From: Cyanobacteriota bacterium
GTDB lineage: Bacteria; Cyanobacteriota; Cyanobacteriia; PCC-6307; Cyanobiaceae
Reading direction: 5' to 3'
Assembly: GCA_046052125.1 (NCBI GenBank)
Contig: JBJOMY010000001.1
Location: 672,001 to 736,000, forward strand
Length of the DNA: 64,000 nucleotides
Positions 1 through 9,280 of the stretch are shown here, piece after piece. The notes under the pieces were generated by a model, which was not told the origin of the DNA, did not search any database, and saw only the letters and a list, made by a program, of their open reading frames with translations. The number at the start of each line of letters is the position of its first letter. The first letter of the stretch is position 1. A program made the position numbers and the translations under genes.

Positions 1-54
1 AGCCAGTGCTCACCTGCGGGGCGTGTGGTCGGTGTTCTCCGCTCCACCCCAGCC

Positions 55-273
55 ATGGCCATTCCCCAAGGCCCCGTCTGCGAAGTCCGCCTGCTTGTGG
101 TTCACCGCTATGAGCCCGGTGTCAGGAAGCTCGGCACCGCCCCACGGCAGGTCGAGTTCTTTGGTCGGCGCGGCAAGCCCGTCAAGAAGATGCGGCTGAT
201 CCCTGCCGAGAAGGCGTTCGCTTTTGCCCGCAAGCTGCAGGGCACACCCGGCTGCACCGTTTCGGTCTGCTGA
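55..273 (+). CDS. Small basic hypothetical protein; paralog of 35126..35341
   Basis: ATG at 55; shares GRRGKPVKK(M/L)RLIPAE and a C-terminal TVSV with the protein at 35126..35341. Confidence 0.75.
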   Translation: MAIPQGPVCEVRLLVVHRYEPGVRKLGTAPRQVEFFGRRGKPVKKMRLIPAEKAFAFARKLQGTPGCTVSVC

Positions 274-317
274 GCCCTCAGGGCTCAGGCCCGGCTGCCA
301 GTTGGTGGCCGGGCTTT
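274..317 (+). terminator. Hairpin(s) after the small ORF, probable terminator
   Basis: GCCCGGC-TGCCAGTTGGTG-GCCGGGC followed by TTT. Confidence 0.4.
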
Positions 318-358
318 GAGTAGTGGGCTGGCAAATGTGGATTTAGCCCATCGAGACC

Positions 359-658
359 ATGGCCACCCGCACCCGCAAGAGCGGCACCGGAAAGAGCAGC
401 ACCAGCAAACAGCGGCGCAGCTCACGAGGCAGCAGCGGTGCAACAGCTGTCGCTCCCACGCTGCCTGGCATCAGTGCAACCGAGCGGCGCAAGCTGGCCC
501 AGGAGGAAGCCCGCTGGCGGGCCGAAAGTGATCTGCGCACCCTGCGGCAGGCAGAAGAGATCCGCCGGGATCCCGCCCGGCTCAAACGGGCAGCCTCCAT
601 GGCCGAAGAGGAAATGAAGGCGCTGCAGGCGGTCCGGGCGATCAAACGGGGGCGTTGA
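359..658 (+). CDS. Basic phage-type hypothetical protein
   Basis: 99 aa; K/R/S-rich N-terminus and helical RWRAESDLRTLRQAEEIRRDP C-terminus. Confidence 0.65.
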   Translation: MATRTRKSGTGKSSTSKQRRSSRGSSGATAVAPTLPGISATERRKLAQEEARWRAESDLRTLRQAEEIRRDPARLKRAASMAEEEMKALQAVRAIKRGR

Positions 659-665
659 AATTGCC

Positions 666-941
666 TCAAAGGCAGGCTCGATAGCGGCTGCGCTGCCGGC
701 GGGCCCGGGCTTTGGAGCGAGCACTGCCGAACTGGGGACTGCTGCCGTCACGGCGGCGCCGCACCCAGATGCCGCGGCGAATCAGCCGAGAGTCGTCGGG
801 ATTGGCGCGGCGGGCGGCCACGATCGCCCCATAACCCTTCTTCTGCTTGCACTCGGCGCGGGAGCGGGCCTGGCTGGCGCTGGCGGCCGGCACCACTGTT
901 GCTGTGGAGCGGTTGCGCCAGAACACCAGATACCAGACCAT
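666..941 (-). CDS. Arg-rich hypothetical protein, last gene of the leftward structural operon
   Basis: 91 aa ORF directly after the scaffold-like gene; purine-rich leader (GCAGAGGGA-ATG). Confidence 0.6.
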   Translation of the reverse strand: MVWYLVFWRNRSTATVVPAASASQARSRAECKQKKGYGAIVAARRANPDDSRLIRRGIWVRRRRDGSSPQFGSARSKARARRQRSRYRACL

Positions 942-961
942 TCCCTCTGCCCCTTCTGCAA

Positions 962-1930
962 TCAGCGGCGCGGTGCAGCTGCCCTGGGTGTGGTGCCCTT
1001 CACGGCCTCCAGGTAGAGCTCGGCGGTGCTCAGGGTCTGCAGATTCACCGTGCCGCCGTGTTCATGGCCGCTTTCCGGCACAGCAGCGGAATAGAGGCCA
1101 CTGCGCTGCTGGAACAGGAAGCTGTACACCGGGTGGCGGCGCAGCTCCTCCATGTAGTCGCCATCGGAGAGGGCAACGCCATCGACGGTGAGGGGCTGGC
1201 CCTTGCCGTCCACCGGCAGCAACCGCTCGCGGCCGTCCACCTCACCCAGCTGGAAGTGGCCGCCGCAGAGCGTCACAAAGGTGTCAAAGAACGTGCCCCG
1301 CTCATCACCGCCGACGCGGCCTTCCGCCTCTGAGAACAGGCGCTCCATCAGGCGTTCCTTGCGCAGGTTCAACACCTGAGAGCGGGCCTCGTCTCGTTCT
1401 TTCTCCACACTGCGTACGCGGCGCAGGTTGGCCTCGTTGAGCTGGCGCTCACGGTCGGCCACCTGCCGCTCGAACTCTTCCCGCTTGCGCTCGGCGTCCT
1501 GCAAGCGGGCGTACTCATCTGGGTTGATCTCGGAGAAGCGGGACAGCTGGGCACGGGCCTTGCGCAGCTCTTTTTCCAGCTGGTTGCTGCGGCGGCGTTC
1601 AGCCCGCAGGGGATCAGCACCGCTGGTGCTGGCGGCGGGAGGGTCGTCGCTGTCGCTGCCGCTGCCGCCGGGGCCGCTGCTGGGATCGGGTGGGGCAGCG
1701 GGATCGAGGTTGTCGTCGTTGCCGCCCAGGTCCACGCCGCCAAGGTCGTCCTCGTCGGGCTCGAGGGGGTCAGGGTCAGCGCCAGCTGGGGCACTGGAGC
1801 CAGCGGGGCCCTGGTTGGGCTGCTGCTGGTGCTGGCTGTAGGCCTGCCATGGAGCAGCAGGGACCTGGGGCGCTGGAGCGGTGCCGCTGCTGGAGCGGCA
1901 GGAGTCAGAAAAGAAAGAGGAGGGCATCAC
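962..1930 (-). CDS. Putative capsid scaffolding protein
   Basis: Acidic low-complexity N-terminus, long coiled coil (LRAERRRSNQLEKELRK...), downstream of portal. Confidence 0.55.
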   Translation of the reverse strand: MMPSSFFSDSCRSSSGTAPAPQVPAAPWQAYSQHQQQPNQGPAGSSAPAGADPDPLEPDEDDLGGVDLGGNDDNLDPAAPPDPSSGPGGSGSDSDDPPAASTSGADPLRAERRRSNQLEKELRKARAQLSRFSEINPDEYARLQDAERKREEFERQVADRERQLNEANLRRVRSVEKERDEARSQVLNLRKERLMERLFSEAEGRVGGDERGTFFDTFVTLCGGHFQLGEVDGRERLLPVDGKGQPLTVDGVALSDGDYMEELRRHPVYSFLFQQRSGLYSAAVPESGHEHGGTVNLQTLSTAELYLEAVKGTTPRAAAPRR

Positions 1931-3165
1931 CCATCACGGCTGTGGTGCTGCGGGCGCCCCGTCCGGGCTGCGCTCGCACTCCCTGTTGCCAGCTCTTCAG
2001 AACCCCTGCTCAGTGACTCATCCAGCACTGGTGCGGAGCGCCTCGCTGGCAGATAGATCCACTCCCCAGCCGGCAGCGGCGTGGAGGGCAGATAGCCCGG
2101 AACCAGCAGCAGCGTCCCCGCAGAGATGGGAGTGGTGGAGCGGTAGACGGGCAGCAGCAGGGTGCTGCCGGTAGGTAGGGGTTCGCTGCTGGGCCAGCTG
2201 CTCAGCTCGGGGTTGAACTGCCGCAGCAGGGAGAGGCTCAGGTTCTGACTCTCCGCCACGCTGCTGAGCGTCTCGCCCTCGGTGGTGACGTAGGGCTCGC
2301 TCTGCTGCAGCACCGGGTTGAGGCTGCGCAGCTTGCTTTCGGTGGTGCCGTGCCGTCCGGCCAGCACCGCCAGCGAATCGCCCTCCACGGCAGTGATCGT
2401 CTGGGTGCTCTCCAGTTGCGGGTTGATTCGCCGCAAGGTGGCCACGGTGGTGCCGTAGCGCTCGGCGATCAGGGTCAAGGTGTCGCCAGAGCGGAGCACC
2501 AGCACGCTGTGGGGCCTGAGCACCAGCTGGATCGCTTCCCCCAGCAGCGGCTGCACCAGCAGGCCGATGCCACCGGGTCCGTAGTCCGCCCCGAAGTGCT
2601 GCACCAGGCAACCGGCGAACTGGGCACGGCCCCCATTGGGCAGCCCGCCCTCGGGCGTGAGCTGGGCCAGGTCGCCCAGCCACATCACCCCCTGGCAGGG
2701 CGCCTGCACCGTGCCCAAGAGCTCCGGATCCCAGGGCAGCGGTGCCTCATCGCGGAAGCCAGGGGTGGTCCAATCCAGCTCGGCCGCCAGCCAGTCGAAG
2801 GTGTTGCTGGTGCTCACCGGCAGGATCGCAGCCCTGCAGAGGTAACCGCGCAGAAGGACGTCGCCCGGGTCGGTGAGGGCGGTGTCGTTGTAGCCGCTGA
2901 CGATCCCCTGCTGCTCCAGGAAGCAGTCGATCACGTGGCGGCGGATCGGCACGGGGTTGCGGCTCTCGGGCCGGTCCACCTCAAACAGGCAGAGGCGGGC
3001 ATTGGCATAGGGCTGCAATGCCAGCCAAAGAGGTGCAGCAACAGGCGGGGCCATCCGGATGTCGATCGCCGGACTGGCCGCAGGCTGCGCCACCAGCTGG
3101 CCCCACAACGGGGCCTGTCGCAGGGGGTTGAGGCCCTGGTTCAGCGGCGAGAGGGGCTGCTCCAT
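1927..3165 (-). CDS. LysM-domain protein (three LysM units, nested)
   Basis: GDTLTLIAERYGTTVATLRRINP, GDSLAVLAGRHGTTESKLRSLNP and GETLSSVAESQNLSLSLLRQFNP. Confidence 0.85.
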   Translation of the reverse strand: MEQPLSPLNQGLNPLRQAPLWGQLVAQPAASPAIDIRMAPPVAAPLWLALQPYANARLCLFEVDRPESRNPVPIRRHVIDCFLEQQGIVSGYNDTALTDPGDVLLRGYLCRAAILPVSTSNTFDWLAAELDWTTPGFRDEAPLPWDPELLGTVQAPCQGVMWLGDLAQLTPEGGLPNGGRAQFAGCLVQHFGADYGPGGIGLLVQPLLGEAIQLVLRPHSVLVLRSGDTLTLIAERYGTTVATLRRINPQLESTQTITAVEGDSLAVLAGRHGTTESKLRSLNPVLQQSEPYVTTEGETLSSVAESQNLSLSLLRQFNPELSSWPSSEPLPTGSTLLLPVYRSTTPISAGTLLLVPGYLPSTPLPAGEWIYLPARRSAPVLDESLSRGSEELATGSASAARTGRPQHHSRDG

Positions 3166-3168
3166 TTC

Positions 3169-3666
3169 TCAGCCCCGCACCAGGGATCCCCGGAAGGGGT
3201 CGGGGTTGCACTGGCGCCAGTTCTGCAGCCGCGGCAGCAGCAGCGCCAACTGGCCGATGTGCTGGCTGCGCTGCCGCCCCAGCACCATCGCCGGTGATGG
3301 TCCCGAGGGGTTCCACTCGCTCTCAGTTTCCTCCAGCAACAACTCGGTGGCGTACTCCACCACCGCCAACTTGCTGAGTGGCAGAGGGTTGGGCACCACC
3401 CCGCCGGCAACCCCTCTGCGGCTGCTGCGCACCGGGGCGTTGAGATCGGCATGCGTCAGGGCCGCTAGCTGCTGATCCAGTTCAGCAATGGCATCGAGAT
3501 GGCCCTGGGCCGTGCAGACGCCGGTGGGGTAGTGGGTCTGCAGCTGGGCCATCTCCCGGTTCAGCGCCGCCAGGGCAGCACTGGTGACCGGGATAGAGAG
3601 CGCGATCCGCAAGGCCTCGGCGTCGCCAGGGCGCCAGGTGCAGGTGGGTGGGGAGGACTGGGTCAT
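3169..3666 (-). CDS. Hypothetical protein, possibly a head-tail adaptor
   Basis: 165 aa, GGGAGGGC RBS, directly downstream of portal; function inferred from position only. Confidence 0.55.
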   Translation of the reverse strand: MTQSSPPTCTWRPGDAEALRIALSIPVTSAALAALNREMAQLQTHYPTGVCTAQGHLDAIAELDQQLAALTHADLNAPVRSSRRGVAGGVVPNPLPLSKLAVVEYATELLLEETESEWNPSGPSPAMVLGRQRSQHIGQLALLLPRLQNWRQCNPDPFRGSLVRG

Positions 3667-3682
3667 GCCCTCCCTTGCCAGC

Positions 3683-5260
3683 TCAGTCGCCAGGGATCGC
3701 CAGCCCCAGCTGCTTGCGCAGCTCGGTCGCGTCGATCACCCCCCGTTCATGCAGCACCAGCCACTCCTGCACCGAGGGCTCGGGTTTGCGCGGCGGCTGG
3801 GGCGGCACCAGCGGGCAGATCTCCACCGTGCAGGCCGGTTCATCGGAGAGCTTCTCGCCGGTGAGCCGGGTCCACTGCAGCAGCAGGGTGCTGAGCATCG
3901 AGCGTTTCTGACCGGCCAGCGACTGCAGCACCGCAAAGCTCTGGCCGGCGGTGAGCGAGACCTCCAGCTCGGTTCGGGCCGGGCCGTGGCCGCCGGTGGG
4001 GATCAGGGCATCGCGGCGCATGGCTTCTTCCAGCTGCTGCAGGTAGGCCCGGTGCTCCGCCAGCGACCGCGCTTCTATTTCGACCCACTGGAACTTGGCT
4101 CCCTCGGGCAGGTCCATGAAAGAGGAGGTAGAGAGCACCAGCCGCTGCGGACGCTGGCCTTCTGCACCGCTGCTTGCAGCAGAGCCCAGGGCGCCGTCGC
4201 TGCGGCGGAAGCCGTAGGCGTCCACCAGGCCGGTGCGGACTCCAACCGGCAGAGCGGTGCGAGAGAGGAGGTCTTCGTATTCGCTGCGGCAGCGGTAGTG
4301 GTTGAGGTACTGGTGCGCCAGACCCAGGTGAGGGAGATCGCCCTTGCCAAAGGCAGTGCCATCTACCGAGTACCAGAGGGCCGGCAGGTCAAAGCGCTGG
4401 GGCAGCAGCGAAGGCTCGCCCACCGGCACCACGTCGTAGCCATCGGGGGCAGCCGGGTTGGGGCTGGCCTGCCAGCTGCGGAGCACCAGGCCTTCATCCG
4501 TCACAGAGAGGCTGCGGTAGAGCCAGGCCGCAGGGTCCGGCACCAGGCCGCCATGGGCATCGATCACCACCGTGGGCACGGCGGCATTGCCACTGGAGAA
4601 GCGGGGCGGCAGGGCCTGCCGGCGGGGTTCCCTCCAGGCGATCTCCACGGGCCCTGACGCCGGTGCAGCCGTGGCGGCATCGGTGGGCAGGCGCCAGTTG
4701 AGCAGGTCACCACGAGGCACCAGCTGCAGGCGGGGCAGCGAGAGGCGGTCTCCCTTGGCGAGAGCCTCCAGCCGGTCGCCTTCCGAGGGCCAGCGGTGCT
4801 GGGGCGGCAGCTGCAGGATCAGGCAGCCGCCATCTCGCAGGGTGAGCAGGTCGGCCAGGAACAGGAACACCCCCAGGTCGGTGCCCTGGCCGTCCACATC
4901 GGTGGCAATCCGACTCAGGGAGTCGGGCAGCTGCTGCCAGGCCAGCCGGGACAGCATGCCGGCGTAGGTGCGGAGGGCATCGCGGTAGAAGCCGGAGGGA
5001 CGGGCGGCCTCCAGGCGCTTGAGATAGGAGGTCTCAGGCTCCTCAATGCCCCGGGGCAAGTAGACCGGGCGGCGGCTGGTGCCGTCTGGGAGCTCCAGCA
5101 GGGTCCAGCAGTCGTAGACCAGCTGCAGGCGCTCCCGCAGGCCGGAGAGGGTGGGGTGTTCCAGCCAGGGGGGATCAGCAGAGGCTTGGGGCTGCGTCTT
5201 GGGTAGGGAAGTGGAGCTGCTGGTGGTGGCTGCTGTCCTGCGTCGGTGGGGTGCGGTCAC
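3683..5260 (-). CDS. Phage portal-like protein (DUF4055-like)
   Basis: YLPRGIEEPETSYLKRL N-terminal motif and LAHQYLNHYRCRSEYEDLL, typical of DUF4055 portals; start uncertain (ORF open to 5323). Confidence 0.75.
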   Translation of the reverse strand: MTAPHRRRTAATTSSSTSLPKTQPQASADPPWLEHPTLSGLRERLQLVYDCWTLLELPDGTSRRPVYLPRGIEEPETSYLKRLEAARPSGFYRDALRTYAGMLSRLAWQQLPDSLSRIATDVDGQGTDLGVFLFLADLLTLRDGGCLILQLPPQHRWPSEGDRLEALAKGDRLSLPRLQLVPRGDLLNWRLPTDAATAAPASGPVEIAWREPRRQALPPRFSSGNAAVPTVVIDAHGGLVPDPAAWLYRSLSVTDEGLVLRSWQASPNPAAPDGYDVVPVGEPSLLPQRFDLPALWYSVDGTAFGKGDLPHLGLAHQYLNHYRCRSEYEDLLSRTALPVGVRTGLVDAYGFRRSDGALGSAASSGAEGQRPQRLVLSTSSFMDLPEGAKFQWVEIEARSLAEHRAYLQQLEEAMRRDALIPTGGHGPARTELEVSLTAGQSFAVLQSLAGQKRSMLSTLLLQWTRLTGEKLSDEPACTVEICPLVPPQPPRKPEPSVQEWLVLHERGVIDATELRKQLGLAIPGD

Positions 5261-5617
5261 TGCCTGCTGTTTGTGGCCAATGCTCTTGCCAGGGGGAGGG
5301 AAATGATGGCAATGACAAACCATGCAGGATGGGTATGCTTTGTAATGAGTCTCAGCTCAATTCAGGACACACAGTCGGGAGCCCATTGGATTCACATTAA
5401 ATACCCCTCCCAAGAACCCGACGGAATGAAATCTTAATCCCATCCTTCATAACGCCAATCACGATCAGCCAATGAACACTGCAAGCTTAGACTCTTATGT
5501 GGAATACAGAAGGTCTTACAGCCTGGCTGCGCAGAGATTATTCAGGTTGATCTGGAGGATGTAATATTCACAAAGGGTTTTTCAGATGCTGGCACTCGCG
5601 ACGAGGAGCACAAGACT

Positions 5618-6250
5618 ATGCTGAACCTACAACAACAGCGAGTCTACGATTGGCTCAACAACGAGCTTGAACTCCCGGTTTTTGCCGAAGCCTATAAAGG
5701 CGCTGCGACTTTCGTGGAACAGAAACCCTCAGGCTATATTTCATTTGTAGCCCATGCTGGCAGGGACTTGATGAATTGTCTTGCATCAACTGTTGCAAAC
5801 ATCAAGTCGAGTCGCGTGCAATACCAACAACACATTGACGAGTTGCAGTCTCACTGGCGAGAAGAGTGGCGACTAAGCAATGAGCTCTCCCCAGATACAG
5901 CCGAGGGAGGATACCTAATACCCATTTTTATATGCAAAAAGATCTCTACCCTGATTGACGATCATAAATCAGGCCGCGTGAGAAGCGCGGATGCCGATGG
6001 CTTGTTCTTTAGCACATTTCTTGATTACTCAGATAAAGAAAAAATCCCAAAGAACTTCGTTTTAGAATGGAAACGCGCAAAAGAGTGGTTTCTTGGACAT
6101 GTTCATCTTCGTGGCAAACCATTCGACAAAGGCGCCGACGATGCCCTGAAAATACATTTCAAATGTCTGGAAAGCTATCTCTACATAGCCGCTAGCAGCC
6201 AGTATGACAGACTGAGGAAACTGAATGAAATCCTGGAAGCAACCAACTGA
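5618..6250 (+). CDS. Hypothetical alpha-helical protein, possibly a HEPN-like nuclease (candidate defence gene A)
   Basis: 210 aa, lower GC than the flanks; AHAGRDLMN and WFLGHVH motifs. Confidence 0.7.
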   Translation: MLNLQQQRVYDWLNNELELPVFAEAYKGAATFVEQKPSGYISFVAHAGRDLMNCLASTVANIKSSRVQYQQHIDELQSHWREEWRLSNELSPDTAEGGYLIPIFICKKISTLIDDHKSGRVRSADADGLFFSTFLDYSDKEKIPKNFVLEWKRAKEWFLGHVHLRGKPFDKGADDALKIHFKCLESYLYIAASSQYDRLRKLNEILEATN

Positions 6251-9125
6251 TGAGATGGTAGAAAAAGTGCTATCATCTGTCAAGAAAGAGACAGATCGAA
6301 AGTACTTCTTCTCCAAGTTGACCAACCCAATGTGGGTAGGACCGCTGCGCGAACGCGGCTTCTTCAGCCACCCTCCCAGCTTGAGACAATTGCCTGATGG
6401 ATATGTGCAATACCCGCATTGGCCAGAGCTAAGTTACCTGGTTGGCATTGCACAGGATGCACCGGATCAAGTAGTTGAGATTATTCTGTCACTTCCCAAA
6501 ACAGACAACCCACGAGTTTACGAAGATATCCTTGAGGCAGCCATTAGACTAAGAGGGAGAAAATCGGCGGAGTTGCTTCCCAAGATTCGCGAATATATAG
6601 CACTTGACAATCTCGTCAATGCCAACAATTTCCCTGAGTTGATAATACACTGGACGAGCCAGGGAAATATTGATGAAGCACTAGAGGTCACTCGACTGGT
6701 CATTCCCTTTCGGGAAGACTCAAGGATGCGAGAGAAGCAGGAACTCCGTAGAATGAATCCAAACTCATTAGATACTTCGCTAAACCCGACACCTTGTTTT
6801 CGCACATGGGAATACCAGAAGATTCTGGACAGTGGAGTTCGCTACCTTTCTGAGCATGAGCCTTTTAAAACTTCGCTCGTGCTGATTGATGCAGTTACTA
6901 GTATGATTAAACTTGGATTTCATCAGGATGATCTTGACCGAAAGGGCGATCAAGACTATTCAGAGATCTGGTGCCGGAGACTAGACAAGCCGGATGAAGA
7001 GGTTCAGGACGAGAAAGAGATCCTCGTCCACGCGCTCACGAATGCCTGCAAGGAAGTCTATAACAATGACAAAGAGGTTATTAGTGATCTAGATCAGGAA
7101 TTGCGGTATCCTCGCTGGAGGATCTTCAAACGGATTCGACAGCATCTCTACTCATCGAACCCAAATGACCAAACCCTTCCATGGATACGCGAAGAGATAC
7201 TCGATCATGAAGAATATTCCAAGTATGAACATCACTATGAATTTCAATTAATGATCCGCAAGGCCAGCGAGCACTTCGGCCATGCTTTGCTCAGTGAAAG
7301 TGAACTGAGAGGCATTGTCAATGCGATTATGCGTGGCCCTTCGCAGGATGAATTCCGTGAGTGGATGGGCGATGAATACAGCGAGGCAGTGTTTCGGCAA
7401 CGCAAGAGCTACTTTCATAGAATTCAGCTACGCCCATTTGCTGCGATTTTAACCAAAGAAGCCCAACAGTATTATGAGGAGCTGGAATGCGATGCCTCGA
7501 CTCAAGCCATAACCGATGAATGCTATTCACCATACGGCGAGGTGGTCAGTGGAACGATCAGCTACCGGAGTCCGAGATCCGCTGAAGACCTAGCAAATAT
7601 CACCGACGAAGAACTTATTACCTATATAAACGACTGGGAAGAAGAGTATCGGGATAAGGAGAATTGGCTCGTGGAGATTAACGTGTCAGCGCTGGCCGAA
7701 GCATTTCGGTCAGTGTTTAAAGAGAGAATAGTTCTAGATGCCGATCGCCTAGATTTTTGGCTTGCAAATCGTGACAGGATTGCCAGGCCAATTTATATCA
7801 CGGCCATGCTCAAGACCATGGTTGATCTCGTCAGCGAGATGAATTATTCTAATCTCCTCCGGTGGATTGAGTTTTGTGTGTGGGTCCTCACGCATCCAGA
7901 CACACCGAAAGTAGAAGGTCAGCCTGAGCCGAGAGACGGATCATCCAGCCATCCAGACTGGGCCAATTCACGCCGGACCGTGGTTGATTTTGTTAATGCC
8001 TGCGTGAGCCAAGATGCGGATGTGCCAATTGAAGTAAGAGACAGTCTTGGTAATCTCATTCGGCAAGCCTGCGTTCAGCCTGACTGGCGGCTAGATAACG
8101 ACCGCTTAGTACTTTTAGGGAGCGATGATCCAATTACTGAGGCTATCAATAATACTCGAAGTCGAGCACTTGAATCCCTTGTCAGCTTTGGCATCTGGAT
8201 TCGTCGTCATTTGCCAGAAGACCGACTTCCAGAGGTGACCGAGACGCTTTCTCACCGTCTGGCTCTGAATCCTGACCTCCCACTAACAAGACCTGAGCAC
8301 GCGCTGCTAGGTATGCATTTTGGAAATCTCTTGTCACTCAATCATGAATGGGCTATCCGCGAAAGGAAGCTCTTTTTTCCGGAGGCTTGTGAAGCGACAT
8401 GGTGGTGTGCATTTGGCTCCTTTATCCGCTTCAACCGTCCGAGCGTATCCACGTTTAACACCATGAGGAGCGAGTTTGAATATGCAATAGGCAGCATAGA
8501 AACTTTAATAAGCAGAAAAAATCATGGCGAGTCGCTCGTTGATCGACTAGGCGAGCACCTTTTCGTTTACTACTTGTGGGGACTTTATCCTCTAACTGGC
8601 AATGAGAGCCTACTTGCGCGCTTTTATGAAAAAAACAATGACTATAGACAAAGGTGGGGGAAGCTTTTCGACTACGTTGGGCGTTCACTGGCAAACAGCG
8701 ACAGCCAATTCGACAAAGCGCTTGTCGACCGCATTATCGCCTTTTTTGATTGGCGTTGGGATGCTGCTGAACCGTTAGAGCTTCGGGAATTTACCTTTTG
8801 GCTTGAAGCCGAATGCCTCGATCCCAACTGGCGTTTGCAATCGTACTCACGAATTCTCGATATTTGCTGTTCAAAGGATGTTGCACTCTCGATTCAGGTT
8901 AATGCCTTAAACAAGCTTCATCAAGATCACCTCGCATTAGTTCTAGAGTGCTTTGCTAAAATCGCGTTTGATCAAGATACTCAGTTGTTTGTTTCAGTCG
9001 ACGAGGCTAGGCCCATCTTGAAGGCCGGTCTGGCTGCTGAAGAACCACAGATCCGTGCAAATGCTGAGCAAGCCCGCGACAAGCTATTGCGAATCGGTCG
9101 CTTTGATTTTTTGGACCTTGGATGA
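6225..9125 (+). CDS. Large alpha-helical hypothetical protein (candidate defence gene B)
   Basis: 966 aa, overlaps gene A by 26 nt; YFFSKLTNPMWVGPLRERGFF N-terminal motif; no Walker A seen. Confidence 0.75.
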   Translation: MKSWKQPTDEMVEKVLSSVKKETDRKYFFSKLTNPMWVGPLRERGFFSHPPSLRQLPDGYVQYPHWPELSYLVGIAQDAPDQVVEIILSLPKTDNPRVYEDILEAAIRLRGRKSAELLPKIREYIALDNLVNANNFPELIIHWTSQGNIDEALEVTRLVIPFREDSRMREKQELRRMNPNSLDTSLNPTPCFRTWEYQKILDSGVRYLSEHEPFKTSLVLIDAVTSMIKLGFHQDDLDRKGDQDYSEIWCRRLDKPDEEVQDEKEILVHALTNACKEVYNNDKEVISDLDQELRYPRWRIFKRIRQHLYSSNPNDQTLPWIREEILDHEEYSKYEHHYEFQLMIRKASEHFGHALLSESELRGIVNAIMRGPSQDEFREWMGDEYSEAVFRQRKSYFHRIQLRPFAAILTKEAQQYYEELECDASTQAITDECYSPYGEVVSGTISYRSPRSAEDLANITDEELITYINDWEEEYRDKENWLVEINVSALAEAFRSVFKERIVLDADRLDFWLANRDRIARPIYITAMLKTMVDLVSEMNYSNLLRWIEFCVWVLTHPDTPKVEGQPEPRDGSSSHPDWANSRRTVVDFVNACVSQDADVPIEVRDSLGNLIRQACVQPDWRLDNDRLVLLGSDDPITEAINNTRSRALESLVSFGIWIRRHLPEDRLPEVTETLSHRLALNPDLPLTRPEHALLGMHFGNLLSLNHEWAIRERKLFFPEACEATWWCAFGSFIRFNRPSVSTFNTMRSEFEYAIGSIETLISRKNHGESLVDRLGEHLFVYYLWGLYPLTGNESLLARFYEKNNDYRQRWGKLFDYVGRSLANSDSQFDKALVDRIIAFFDWRWDAAEPLELREFTFWLEAECLDPNWRLQSYSRILDICCSKDVALSIQVNALNKLHQDHLALVLECFAKIAFDQDTQLFVSVDEARPILKAGLAAEEPQIRANAEQARDKLLRIGRFDFLDLG

Positions 9126-9280
9126 GAATCGGAAGCAAACTCTACGTGTTAGCTCAGGATTTGCTCTTGCCTAGGCTCGGGGGCGAAGCACATAGCACCT
9201 ATGAAAATCCATAAATGAGCTTACCTGCTTTTACGCCAAACGTCATCCTCTGTGGTTTCTCCCAGGAAATAGAGCTAAGG

